Source: Alphaproteobacteria bacterium (GTDB lineage Bacteria > Pseudomonadota > Alphaproteobacteria > MPNO01 > UBA830). Taken from it: 64,000 nt of DNA. Position numbers and translations under genes: made by a program. The notes below the pieces were generated by a model. The model was not told the DNA's origin. It saw only the letters and a list, made by a program, of their open reading frames with translations, and ran no database searches. The stretch is taken from contig OZ251539.1 in assembly GCA_965243135.1 (NCBI GenBank), positions 5,088,001-5,152,000 of the forward strand, written 5' to 3'. Below are positions 31,073 through 41,162 of this stretch, piece after piece; position 1 is the first letter of the stretch, and every line of letters begins with the position of its first letter.

Positions 31073-32278
31073 ATGCAGTGGCGCACCCCCGCCGTAGCTC
31101 TCGTATGCGGCACCGTCATACTTTTCGTCAGCTTCGGCGGGCGGAACATATTCGGGCTCTTGCTGGATCCTATGACGGTCGATCTCGGCTGGACGGCCGA
31201 GGACTTCTCCTTCGCCGTCGCGCTTCAGGCGTTGCTGTGGGGATTGACGACGCCCATCACCGCCTCGCTCGCCGATCGATACGGCACCGCGCGCATGGTG
31301 GCCGCCGGCGGCGTTCTCTACGCCGGCGGCCTCGCGTTGATGTCGCAGGTCTCGACGCCGATGGAGATGAACGTCACGTCGGGCCTGATGATCGGCCTCG
31401 GCCTCAGCGCGACGGGCTTCCCGATCATTCTCGCGGCCGTCACCAAGCGCGTGGACCAGAAACGCCGCAGCCTGTTCCTCGGCATCGGCAGCGCGGCCGG
31501 GTCTTCCGGCCAGCTGGCGCTCGTGCCGCTCGGCCAGTTCTTCATCGACGGGTACGGATGGGTGATCGCGGTGCTCGCTTTCTCCTGCATCGCCGCGATC
31601 ATCGTGCCGCTGGCCGCGCCGCTCGCCGATTCCCGGCGCGCCTCTCCCGCCGCCGCGCCGCAGAAAATGGGCGACGCATTGCGCGAGGCGGCGACCCACC
31701 GCGGCTTTCTCCTGCTTTCCGCCGGCTATTTCGTCTGCGGCTTTCAGATCCTGTTTCTCGGCACCCATCTGCCCAAGTTTCTGGTCGAGGCGGGACAGGA
31801 TCCCTGGCTCGGGGCAACGGCGCTATCGGTGATCGGCCTGTTCAACATACTCGGCACGCTCGGCTGGGGAGCCCTGGGGGGCCACCTGCGCATGAAATAT
31901 TTGTTGAGCGCGATCTACCTCCTGCGTTCGGCGGCGCTGGTCGCGTTCATCCTGCTTCCGGTCACGCCGGTCGGAACCTACGTCTTCTCCGCCGTCATCG
32001 GCCTCCTTTGGTTGGCGACCGTGCCCCTCACCTCCGGCCTCGTCGCGCAGATCTTCGGATTGCGCTTCATGGCGACGCTGACCGGAATCGTCTTTTTCTC
32101 GCATCAGCTCGGCAGCTTTTTCGGCGTCTGGCTGGGCGGAAGGCTCTTCGTCGACACCGGCAGCTACGACGCCATATGGTGGATCTCGATAGCGCTCGGC
32201 CTCGTCGCCGCGCTGCTGCACTATCCCATCGACGACAGGCCGGTCGAACGCGAGGCCGCGCGGGAGGCCGCGGCATGA
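31073..32278 (+). CDS. MFS transporter
   Basis: About 12 TM, LADRYG, GYFVCGFQ, HQLGSF. Confidence 0.92.
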   Translation: MQWRTPAVALVCGTVILFVSFGGRNIFGLLLDPMTVDLGWTAEDFSFAVALQALLWGLTTPITASLADRYGTARMVAAGGVLYAGGLALMSQVSTPMEMNVTSGLMIGLGLSATGFPIILAAVTKRVDQKRRSLFLGIGSAAGSSGQLALVPLGQFFIDGYGWVIAVLAFSCIAAIIVPLAAPLADSRRASPAAAPQKMGDALREAATHRGFLLLSAGYFVCGFQILFLGTHLPKFLVEAGQDPWLGATALSVIGLFNILGTLGWGALGGHLRMKYLLSAIYLLRSAALVAFILLPVTPVGTYVFSAVIGLLWLATVPLTSGLVAQIFGLRFMATLTGIVFFSHQLGSFFGVWLGGRLFVDTGSYDAIWWISIALGLVAALLHYPIDDRPVEREAAREAAA

Positions 32279-33486
32279 GCGCCGGCTGGCGCACGCCGAT
32301 CGTCATCCTGGTCTGCGGCACGTCGATCGTGCTGATTTCGCTCGGCGCGCGCATGACCTTCGGGTTGTGGCTGGAACCCGCGACCAACGACCTGTGGCCG
32401 AACCAGTACCGGATCCTGTCGCTCGCGATGGCGCTCCAGTCGCTGTTCTGGGGGGTCGGAACGCCGGTCGCCGGCAATATCGCCGATCGCTACGGCAGCG
32501 GGCGCGTGATCGCCGCGGCCGGCATTCTCTACACGGCCGGCCTGCTGCTGATGACGGTCTCGACGACGCCGATCATGGCGCATTTGTCGATCGGGGTATT
32601 GACCGGATTCGCCATGTCGGGCGCCATGTTTCCGATCGTCCTTTCGGCCGTCAGCCGCGCGGCTCCCGAGGGCCGGCGCGACGTCTATCTCGGAATCGCG
32701 AGCGCCGGAGGCTCGTCCGGACAGGTTCTGATGGTCCCCGTCGGCCAGTATCTCGTCGACGCCAGCGGCTGGGTCGCGACGCTTCACGTCATGGCGGCCG
32801 TGACGGCGCTCATCGTTCCGCTCGCCTACGCAATGGTCCGCACCGGATCGCCGGCGGCGGCCGCGACCGGCCAGCGCGCCGTCGACGCCATACGGGAAGC
32901 GTTCCGTCATCGGGGATACGTCCTGCTGATGGGCGGCTACTTCGTCTGCGGGCTGCAGACGATGTTCATCGGAACCCATTTCCCGGTCATGCTGGCCAGC
33001 CTGGAGGTGGACCCGGCGGTCGCCGCGTACTCGCTGTCCCTGATCGGCCTATTCAACATCGTCGGCACCTTCGCCTGGGGCGCCGCAGGCGGGCGTTTCC
33101 GCCAGAAGTACCTGCTTTGCTGGCTCTATTCCCTGCGCTCGCTGGCGATGATCGCCTTCATCCTGCTGCCCGTAACGCCGACGAGCGTCATCGCCTTTTC
33201 CTGCGCGATGGGTCTGGTTTGGCTCGGCACGGTGCCGCTCACGGGGTCGATCGTCGCCCGCGTCTTCGGGCTGCGCCACATGGGAATGCTGTTCGGCTTC
33301 GCCTTCGTCGCCCACCAGCTCGGCAGCTTCATCGGCATCTACGCCGCCGGCTATTTCTTCGACATGTTCGGGAACTACAACGTCGTCTGGTGGTCGGCGA
33401 TCATCATGGGGCTGGTCGCCTCGCTGATGAACTACCCCGTCGACGACAGCCCGATCGAACGGCGAACGGCCTTGCAACGGGCATAG
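32275..33486 (+). CDS. MFS transporter (paralog of upstream gene)
   Basis: ATGA overlap; same motifs (ADRYG, GYFVCG, TVPLT, HQLGSF). Confidence 0.92.
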   Translation: MSAGWRTPIVILVCGTSIVLISLGARMTFGLWLEPATNDLWPNQYRILSLAMALQSLFWGVGTPVAGNIADRYGSGRVIAAAGILYTAGLLLMTVSTTPIMAHLSIGVLTGFAMSGAMFPIVLSAVSRAAPEGRRDVYLGIASAGGSSGQVLMVPVGQYLVDASGWVATLHVMAAVTALIVPLAYAMVRTGSPAAAATGQRAVDAIREAFRHRGYVLLMGGYFVCGLQTMFIGTHFPVMLASLEVDPAVAAYSLSLIGLFNIVGTFAWGAAGGRFRQKYLLCWLYSLRSLAMIAFILLPVTPTSVIAFSCAMGLVWLGTVPLTGSIVARVFGLRHMGMLFGFAFVAHQLGSFIGIYAAGYFFDMFGNYNVVWWSAIIMGLVASLMNYPVDDSPIERRTALQRA

Positions 33487-33938
33487 GCCGCCGAACTCGT
33501 TCTCCGCCTATGAGAAATCCGCCGAAGCGCCTCCGGTCGGGGCGGGCGACAGGATCTTCGGCCCGCCGGACGAACCGGTTGCCGTCCGGCGCCGCAGGGA
33601 TCGGATGACCTTGGGCGCCGGCAAGGCCAACCTGCTCGCCCAGGAAAGGCGCCGGGGACCACTCCAAGCGCCATGAGGCAACCGGCCGACGGGCGCAGGC
33701 GGATCTCGGCCCTCGCGCCCTGAAGGAGGATGAAGAAGGTCTGCGGGCGGCGGGAGGACACGACGTTCGTTGATCCGACAGGAAACCGCGTCAACGTTCG
33801 CCGGACCGTCGCCACGGCGAATTTATTCTTGATTGCAATCCGATGATAATGAAAGGAAAAGGCCGTTCAAGAAGGGGTGAAGCGTCGGAAGTGGGTAGTG
33901 ACTCTTTTCCGAACGTCTTTGCCGCCAATGTGTCGACC

Positions 33939-34296
33939 ATGATGGAGAAAAACATGCAGAACGACATCGCCGTTCGGCCGGTGCTCGACCGGGCTGAACG
34001 CGACCGGTGGGACGAGACGATGCGGAAACGCCACTACCTTGAGTTCCGCGGCATGGTCGGCGAGGCGGTGCGGCATGTTGCCGCAGCCCCGAACGGAGAT
34101 TGGGTGGCGTTGCTGGGTTGGAAAGCGGCAGCTTGGCGGTTGCGGGCGCGAGACCGACGGTTGGACCCCCGAGCGGCGCGATCGCCGGTTGCATCTTGTT
34201 GCGAACAACGCGCGCTTGTTGATTCTCCCACCCTGGCGGCAACGCAACTTGGCGTCCCGTATTTTGTCTCTCAGCGCCCGGCGCCTGTCGGCCGAC
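33939..34296 (+). pseudogene. DUF4338 (IS-associated) protein remnant
   Basis: HYL...VGE..R.VA....WVALLGW.AAAW...RDR, frameshift at ~34157, then GWT...RRLHLVANNAR.LILP...NLASR.L...RRLSAD; truncated. Confidence 0.8.
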
Positions 34297-34765
34297 GCGT
34301 CCGTCGGGAACCTTTCGTCCGGCCGCCCCTTTGAGAACGGACCGCACTGCGAGGCGCTGCGCGCGTCGTCGCGTATGCGAAACGCGCGTTAGCGCCGAAG
34401 GTCGCCGCGGTCAGTGCCGCTTTGCGGATCCTGACGCACAGGAAAGCAGCTCGTCGCCGGAAACGCTGTCGATCAGATGGTCGCCGATCTCGTCAAGCCG
34501 ACGCGGGTCGTCGATGCCGGTCAGCAAGGCTTCGAGGCCCGCAGCCGTCCCGGCGTCGAACTTCCGCGCCGCCTGACGCAACAACATCGCCCGTTGTCGC
34601 TCCAAGCCCTGCTCCAAGCCTTTTTCCAAGCCCTGTTCCAAGCCCTGTTCCAAGCCCTGCTCCAAGCCCTGCTCCAAGCCCTGCTGTCGACTCTCAAAGA
34701 GCGCCGTGTCCAAAAAAGAGCCCATTTCCTTCAGATCTCCCTCTTGCGCCAACTCCCTGAACCGC
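34293..34765. repeat. Direct duplication, copy 1 (Rpn 3' end plus downstream flank)
   Basis: Near-identical to 35567-36015; offset 1274 before and 1250 after the 12-nt repeat tract. Confidence 0.95.
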
Positions 34766-35469
34766 GCTTTCACCTCGGGCGCCACGTCCTTGCTCTGCAT
34801 CACCTCGTGCCGCAGCAACTCCTTGAACAGATCGGCAAGGCTCGCATCCGTCTCCGGGTCCACCGCCAGCGCCTGCAGATCTTCTCCGACCGTCGCCCAG
34901 TCGCGCTGCGCAAACCGGGCCCGCAACGACAACAGGTTCCGCCTCGGCAAATCCTCTGCATTCAGCCGGTGGATGTCAATCAGAAAAAAGCGCTGCCGCG
35001 GCTGATACGTTTCCAGAAAGCCGCCTGGCGGCGCCACCAGCAATTCCGTCGCCGCAGTCCAGGGCGGGCGGCCAGTGTAGATCACGATCGGCAGCACCGG
35101 CGGCAATGGAGCGCCCTTCGGCAACTCTTCGTTCCGACGGAGCTTCCGATGCAGTTGCCCGACATACGCATGCATCCGCGACGCCATGTCGCTGTCCACG
35201 GTGGACTGGAACTCCAGCACCAGAAGCAGGTAGAGCCATCCCTGCGCTCCGGCGAGGCGGAAACGGATGCGCCAGACCGCGTCGCCGAAACTCTGGTTCA
35301 AACCGTCGTCGACATACTGGGTCGACAACTGTTCCATCTTTCCGAAATCGCAGGCTTCGACCACCTCCGGCGGCATGAGGCCGCGCAGCACGTCCACGAC
35401 CGCGCCGGGGATATCGAACAACTTCTTCATCCAGGCGTCTTCGAAATTTGCGAACATCCCGGTTTCCAT
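34411..35469 (-). CDS. Rpn/YhgA-like PD-(D/E)XK nuclease family protein
   Basis: D...K.LF, D.VW, LEFQS.VD..MA.RM..Y, LPPVLPIV.Y.G...W, (Q/K)GLE repeats, LLRQA.RKF. Confidence 0.9.
   Translation of the reverse strand: METGMFANFEDAWMKKLFDIPGAVVDVLRGLMPPEVVEACDFGKMEQLSTQYVDDGLNQSFGDAVWRIRFRLAGAQGWLYLLLVLEFQSTVDSDMASRMHAYVGQLHRKLRRNEELPKGAPLPPVLPIVIYTGRPPWTAATELLVAPPGGFLETYQPRQRFFLIDIHRLNAEDLPRRNLLSLRARFAQRDWATVGEDLQALAVDPETDASLADLFKELLRHEVMQSKDVAPEVKARFRELAQEGDLKEMGSFLDTALFESRQQGLEQGLEQGLEQGLEQGLEKGLEQGLERQRAMLLRQAARKFDAGTAAGLEALLTGIDDPRRLDEIGDHLIDSVSGDELLSCASGSAKRH
34600..34683 (-). repeat. 12-nt tandem repeat x7 encoding (Q/K)GLE
   Basis: ccaagcc core every 12 nt from 34602 to 34674. Confidence 0.95.
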
Positions 35470-35566
35470 TCATGCGCAGCAAAATGAGCGCCACCATACC
35501 ACGACAGGGCATGCTCCCGCCGGCCGCGCACGGGAACGCCGCGTCGTGCGCCCGTCGGCCGACGCT

Positions 35567-36015
35567 CGACGCGTCCGTCGGGAACCTTTCGTCCGGCCGC
35601 CCCTTTGAGAACGGACCGCACTGCGAGACGCTGCGCGCGTCGTCGCGTATGCGAAACGCGCGTTAGCGCCGAAGGTCGCCGCGGTCAGTGCCGCTTTGCG
35701 GATCCTGACGCGCAGGAAAGCAGCTCGTCGCCGGAAGCGCTGTCGATCAGATGGTCGCCGATCTCGTCAAGCCGGCGCGGGTCGTCAATGCCGGTCAGCA
35801 AGGCTTCGAGGCCCGCAGCCGTCCCGGCGCCGAACTTTCGTGCCGCCTGACGCAACAACATCGCCCGTTGTCGCTCCAAACCTTTTTCCAAGCCCTGCTC
35901 CAAGCCCTGTTCCAAGCCCTGTTCCAAGCCCTGCTGTCGACTCTCAAAGAGCGCCGTGTCCAAAAAAGATCCCACTTCCTTCAGATCTCCCTCTTTCGCC
36001 AACTCCCTGAACCGC
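35567..36015. repeat. Direct duplication, copy 2
   Basis: Near-identical to 34293-34765, with 5 instead of 7 12-nt units (35874-35933). Confidence 0.95.
35685..35975 (-). CDS. Stand-alone Rpn C-terminal domain (putative RpnS-type antitoxin, 96 aa) or Rpn fragment
   Basis: GTG at the position of the internal ATG (34725) of the full Rpn, preceded by GAGGGAGA; open to the same stop. Confidence 0.55.
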   Translation of the reverse strand: MGSFLDTALFESRQQGLEQGLEQGLEQGLEKGLERQRAMLLRQAARKFGAGTAAGLEALLTGIDDPRRLDEIGDHLIDSASGDELLSCASGSAKRH

Positions 36016-36059
36016 TCGTGGCCGTCTCGCCGACGAACTATCACGTCGACGGCAAACGG

Positions 36060-36662
36060 TCACGCGACGGGCACAGGCTGCTCGACTTCGATCTCGCTCT
36101 CCACCAGCGGCATGCGGGCGAGCCATTTTTCGACTTCGGCTGGATCTTCGAACAGGGTTTCGAGTTCGACGCGCGCCTCGGGCTCGGTCTGGCGGCCCGA
36201 CTCGATCACCGAAAGGCCCGCGTCGGCGATGCTGGTCGCCAGTTCCAGGCGAATGCCGTTGGGATCGAAGAAATAGGCCGACCAGAACCGGCCGCCGAGA
36301 TGGACCGGACCGATCAGATCGACGCCGCAGTCCTTCACATGTGCGCACAGCTCGTCGAAGCGGGCTTTCGGCACGTGGAAGGCGAGATGCTGCATCCCGC
36401 CGGGCAAATCGCGATCCGACCGATCCAGCCCTTTCGGATACTCGAAGAAGGCAAGGAAAGAGTCGTTTCCCATGTCGAAGAAGTAGTGTCTCAGGTTGTC
36501 GTAGGGCGGTTGGCCGCGGTCGCGCTCGAACGGCACCCGGCGCACGTGCACGAGCCGCATCCGCAACACCCGCGTGTAGAATTCCATCGTCGCCGGCATG
36601 TCGTCGGTGACGAGAGCGAGATGGTCGACGCCGCGCACGCCGACGGGTTCGAGCGGGTTCAT
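36060..36662 (-). CDS. VOC/glyoxalase family protein
   Basis: DHLAL...M..T.EFY, QHLAF, YFFDPNGIRLE. Confidence 0.92.
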   Translation of the reverse strand: MNPLEPVGVRGVDHLALVTDDMPATMEFYTRVLRMRLVHVRRVPFERDRGQPPYDNLRHYFFDMGNDSFLAFFEYPKGLDRSDRDLPGGMQHLAFHVPKARFDELCAHVKDCGVDLIGPVHLGGRFWSAYFFDPNGIRLELATSIADAGLSVIESGRQTEPEARVELETLFEDPAEVEKWLARMPLVESEIEVEQPVPVA

Positions 36663-37504
36663 ACCGGATCTCCCTTCAGAAAGGCTTCCACCTCGCCGAT
36701 CAGCGCTTCCGGCGCGTCGCCTGCAACGTCATGTCCCGCCTCGATCTCCGCTATGGAGATTCTGGGATTGGCGTCCATAACCTTGGCGACCGTCTCCGAA
36801 GCGAACATGTCGGAACGGCTGCCGCGGATCGCCAGAACCGGACAACGGACCTCCGCGAGCGCGGCCCACATGTCCGGGCCCGCGGGGGCGGCGGTGCCTT
36901 CGAGGATCTTGCGGAACCTGTCGCGATGAAAGGCGTCGCGTTTGATGGCGTATCCGTCGGCGGTCTTCGCAAGATAGGCTTCCATTCTCCTGCGGTACGG
37001 ATCGTCGGACGGGAGGTTGCGGTCCCTGCCGAAATGCTCCAGCGCGTCGTCCACGGACGCGAAGGCGTCCGGCGTTCCGGCGACGGTTTCCGCCACCCGC
37101 CGGGAACCGGCCGGCGCGTTGACAGGAGAGTAGTCGCACAGCACCAGCGCGGCGACGCGCTCCGGATAGCGGGCGGCGCACCAGACGCAGTTGCGTCCGC
37201 CCATCGAGTGCCCCATCAGGACGACTTTGTCCCAGCCGAAATGATCGGCGACCGCAATGCAGTCGGCGGCGTAGTCGTCGACGCCGTAGGCGCGCGACGC
37301 GCTCCAGCTCGAGTCCCCGAAGCCCCGCATGTCCATCGCGACGACCTCGCGCCCGCCGGATGCGAGTTCGTTCGCGACCGGAATCCAGTCGTAGGAAAAA
37401 TAGCTGAGGCCGTGAACGATCAGGATCGGCGTTCCGCCGGGCGCGCCGAAACGGCGGTAGAACAGGGCGAGGTCGCCGTTCGCGACCGCGCCGGTTCCGC
37501 TCAT
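36659..37504 (-). CDS. Alpha/beta hydrolase
   Basis: HG, D.RG.GDS, GHSMGG nucleophile elbow, AGH. Confidence 0.92.
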   Translation of the reverse strand: MSGTGAVANGDLALFYRRFGAPGGTPILIVHGLSYFSYDWIPVANELASGGREVVAMDMRGFGDSSWSASRAYGVDDYAADCIAVADHFGWDKVVLMGHSMGGRNCVWCAARYPERVAALVLCDYSPVNAPAGSRRVAETVAGTPDAFASVDDALEHFGRDRNLPSDDPYRRRMEAYLAKTADGYAIKRDAFHRDRFRKILEGTAAPAGPDMWAALAEVRCPVLAIRGSRSDMFASETVAKVMDANPRISIAEIEAGHDVAGDAPEALIGEVEAFLKGDPV

Positions 37505-37508
37505 CGGC

Positions 37509-38831
37509 TCATCCTTCCAGCAGGCGCGGCAGAACCAGCGCGACGGCCGGAAACGCCAGGACGATCGCGACGCGCGCGGCGTCCGACAGGAAGAAGGGCA
37601 GAACGCCCTTGAAGGTTTCCAGCATCGGGACGTCCTTCGCCATCGAGTTGATGATGAAGACGTTCAGTCCCACCGGCGGCGTGATCAGCCCGACCTCGAC
37701 CACGATCAGCGAGATTATGCCGAACCAAAGCTTAAGTTCCTCGCCCTGCACGGAGAATTCCAGACCCGCGATTATCGGCCAGAAGATCGGCACGGTCAAC
37801 AAGATCATCGACAGGGAGTCCATCACCAGGCCCAGCACGATGTAGAGCGCGATCATGCCGAACACGATCACCATCGGGGTCAGCCCGGAGTTCCGGAAGA
37901 AGTCCGCGGCCTGGATCGGGAGCTGCGAGAAGCCGAGAAACGCGTTGAAGACCGCGGCGCCGAGGAGGATCAGGAAAATCATGGCCGTGGTCGACGCGGT
38001 TCCGAGAAGCGCGTCGACGAAACCTTGCCATCTCATGCCGCCGCGCAGCACCGCAATGAGAAAAGTCCCCGTGGCGCCCACGCCTGCCCCCTCGGTCGGC
38101 GTGAAGAACCCGGCGTAGATGCCGCCCATGACGAGCAGGAAGATCACCAGCACCGGCCAGATCTCGATCATCGCCCGCAGCTTGAGGGCGAACGTGGTCT
38201 TCGGGCCGGCGGGACCGGACTCCGGCGCGATTCGGACGACGATCGCGATCATCAGGATGTAGCCGACCGCCGCCATCAGGCCCGGCACGAACGCCGCTTG
38301 AAAAAGGGTCGCGACATTGGCCTCGACCATCACGGCGTAGATGATGAGGACGATCGACGGCGGAATGAGAATGCCGAGCGTGCCGCCGGCGGCGAGCGCG
38401 CCGGTGGCGAGCGATCCCGCGTAGTTGTAGCGCCGCAGTTCCGGCAACGCGACCTGGCCCATCGTCGCCGCGGTCGCCAGCGACGATCCGGTGATCGCCC
38501 CGAACCCCGCGCATCCGCCGACGGCGGCCATGGCGATCCCGCCGCGAAACTGTCCGAGCCAGGCGTTGGCGGCGGCGAAGAGCGCTTGGCTGAGCCCCGC
38601 CTTGGCGGCGAACTGTCCCATCAGAATGAACAGCGGAACCACCGACAGGGTTTCCGCGGTGAACCGCCAGTAGGTCTCGGTCTTGAGGAAGCTGAGCAGC
38701 GCGACCTCGCCGGCGATCGCGACGTAACCGACCATGCCGACGGTCAGCATGGCGATCGCGATCGGGATCCGGAGGGCGAGAAGCGCCAACAGGACGCCGA
38801 AGCCGATCAGGCCGATCGTGGAACCTTCCAC
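37509..38831 (-). CDS. TRAP transporter large permease (DctM)
   Basis: VPLFILMG, GSSLATAA, GGTLGILIPPS, TPTEGA, ITPPVGLN. Confidence 0.94.
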   Translation of the reverse strand: MEGSTIGLIGFGVLLALLALRIPIAIAMLTVGMVGYVAIAGEVALLSFLKTETYWRFTAETLSVVPLFILMGQFAAKAGLSQALFAAANAWLGQFRGGIAMAAVGGCAGFGAITGSSLATAATMGQVALPELRRYNYAGSLATGALAAGGTLGILIPPSIVLIIYAVMVEANVATLFQAAFVPGLMAAVGYILMIAIVVRIAPESGPAGPKTTFALKLRAMIEIWPVLVIFLLVMGGIYAGFFTPTEGAGVGATGTFLIAVLRGGMRWQGFVDALLGTASTTAMIFLILLGAAVFNAFLGFSQLPIQAADFFRNSGLTPMVIVFGMIALYIVLGLVMDSLSMILLTVPIFWPIIAGLEFSVQGEELKLWFGIISLIVVEVGLITPPVGLNVFIINSMAKDVPMLETFKGVLPFFLSDAARVAIVLAFPAVALVLPRLLEG

Positions 38832-38833
38832 CG

Positions 38834-39352
38834 TCAGGCCCGAAGCTCGGCGAAACTCCGCCGCACGCTGTATGCGACCACCGCCACCAGAAAGGCCAGC
38901 ATCAGAATCGACGGCGGGAACGTCGTCCAGCGCGGAAAGTTGATCGTCATCGATTTTTCCGCGTAGTCGTACATGTCGACGCCGCCGAGGGTCATCCTCC
39001 AGGCGAGGATCGACCCGATGACCAGATAGAAGAGATTGCCGGCCAGATCGCAGAGAGTTCTGATCCGGGCCGGAGCTCCGGCCATGAAAAAGTCGACGAG
39101 CACGTTGCCGCGCGTTATCTGGCACCACGGCAGGAAAGCGAACACGGCGAGCCCGGTGCCGATCGCCACCAGTTCGAAGTCGCCCGGCACCGGGGCGGAC
39201 AATGCCGAGCGTCCCGACACGCTTATCGTCGTCAGCGCGGCGAGGGCGCACAGCATGAAGCCGCCCGCGACGGCGAGCCATTTGGCGAGGTCGTAGAGAA
39301 GGCGGCCCGCCCTGTCGGCGGGCCGCCCGGACGCCGCGGCGCCTTCGGACAC
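38834..39352 (-). CDS. TRAP transporter small permease (DctQ)
   Basis: 4 TM, PVPGDFELV, GNV.VD. Confidence 0.9.
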   Translation of the reverse strand: MSEGAAASGRPADRAGRLLYDLAKWLAVAGGFMLCALAALTTISVSGRSALSAPVPGDFELVAIGTGLAVFAFLPWCQITRGNVLVDFFMAGAPARIRTLCDLAGNLFYLVIGSILAWRMTLGGVDMYDYAEKSMTINFPRWTTFPPSILMLAFLVAVVAYSVRRSFAELRA

Positions 39353-39374
39353 GGGAGGCCGGCCGGTCCGCCGA

Positions 39375-40396
39375 TCAGTTGGCGGAATACTTGTCGATCA
39401 GGGCGCGGGCGTCGGCCAGCAGTTTCGCGCCGTCCACGCCTATGTCCTTCATTTCCGCAAGCCACCGGTCGAACACGGGCTTCGCCGCTTCTTTCATCTT
39501 GGCGACCTCTTCGGCAGGTATGGTGTGGAACTTGTTCTTCTCGCGCGACTGCACGACCTTCAGGCCGGGAGCCTCGATCGCGTCCCAGTTCCTGCCGGCC
39601 ATCTCGGCGATGTTGCGTCCCGAATTGTCGTCGATCACCTTCCGGAGGTCGCTCGGCAGCTTTTCGTAGCTGTTGCGGTTCATCAGGAACGTGAAGACGT
39701 TGGTGCCGAGGCGCGGCTGCGAGCCGGCCAGCGTCGAGAAGTGGCTGACGAGATCGGGCGTCTTGACCGCCGGGGCGATCTCGTAGGGCAGAGTTACGCC
39801 GTCGATCACGCCTTTCGAAAGCGCCTGCGGGATCTGCGGCAACGGAAGGCCGATGCCGGTGGCGCCGAGCGCGTTGAGAAGCCAGACGCCGCCGCGGGAA
39901 GCGGCGCGCAGTTTGAGCCCCTTGAGGTCGGCCATCTTGAGGATCGGTTTCCGGGTCTGGAACAGAAAGCCGGCGTGAACGTGGACCAGCAGTGGATGAT
40001 AGCCCTTCAGATCGGGCGCCAGATGCTTTTCCTGGTAATCCTGAAGCGCCATCGTGGACGAATAGGCGGTCTTGTGGACGAAGGGCAGCTCGAAGGGCTC
40101 GACGCGCGGCATGCGGCCCGGCGTGAAGCCCGGCAGCGTCCACGCGATATCGATCACGCCGTCGCGCACCTGATCGAGAAGCTGCGGCGCCTTGCCGCCG
40201 AGCTGCATGGCCCAGAAGGAATCTTGAGCTTGCCGCCGGATTCCTTGGCGATCTTTTCCGCCCACGGCGTGAGAAAGGTCTTGCCGGGGTTCGCTACGGG
40301 CGGAATGAAGGTTTGCATGCGGAGAGTTTCCGCCTTCGCGTCGAAGGCGGCCAATGCCGCCGCCGCGCAAAAGGTTCCGATAATCCGTGTCTTCAT
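39375..40396 (-). pseudogene. TRAP substrate-binding protein (DctP), frameshifted near 40220
   Basis: Signal peptide and ...ESGGKLKI in one frame; FWAMQLGG..PQL.DQ..DG..D, ELPF, DLKGLKLR in another. Confidence 0.85.
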
Positions 40397-41162
40397 GGGG
40401 TCGCTCCCGAGTAAGGCCGAACCTGGCATGGTTCGAAAACGAATTCTACAACCGGACGCCGGAACGGACAACCGGACGCGCGCGCGCAGTCTTCGTCCGG
40501 CCGGCGCCTGCCGCCCTCCGCGTGGACCGGTCCTGCGGCCGGCCCGGGAGCGAAGGATTCGACGATCCGAAGGCGGGAAACGATCGTTCTCCATGTCCGG
40601 ACCGCGATTTTTTCGGTTTCCGAGAATCTGGAGCTTCGAGAGGCCGCCATCGGCGCGAACGCTGCGCTTGCCGAACCAAGGAGGCTCGTCGGGCCGCCAC
40701 CGGGACTGCCGGAAGGCCGGAAACGACGAGGTTTCGGGCGCGACGGCCTGCCGCCGCGGGCGGTCTCCGCCGAACATGCGGCGCGGGACCGCGCAGCGCG
40801 GCGCCGGACGGTTTTCCGACGCTCGCGGCCGTGGCGCGCGAACCCGACGCCTTCGGGGCCGGCTATGCGCGGCCTCCGACGCTTTCGGGAGAACGGATGG
40901 CGGAGGGACGCAGAGTCTGCCGGCGTTTTTTCGCGAGTTTTCCGGAGGAGCTTCCGCCCCGGGAATCGCCGCTGAACGATTACCGGAATATAATGCCGCC
41001 GTTCCGCAAGGGACGGACAACGGAAGCTCGACGGCCCGTCCGCCGAAGGAAGACGGGATGGAACTCGTCGAGCGCCAAAACGAGGGGCAGGCCCCGCGCG
41101 AAGCGGCCCTCCTGCGGAAGCGTCTCGAGGCGCCGCCCGCCCGTCTGCACTCAGGAGAGAAG

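Noticed and set aside
33939-34296. Druantia-like defence gene or active IS
   Set aside because: Short, frameshifted, truncated DUF4338 with no transposase or partner genes
34600-34683. 12-nt repeats as CRISPR or non-coding VNTR
   Set aside because: In-frame (Q/K)GLE coding repeats typical of Rpn C-termini; no spacers
40397-41162. Long intergenic region as ncRNA or MITE
   Set aside because: No recognisable RNA motif, terminal inverted repeat or second copy seen in the window
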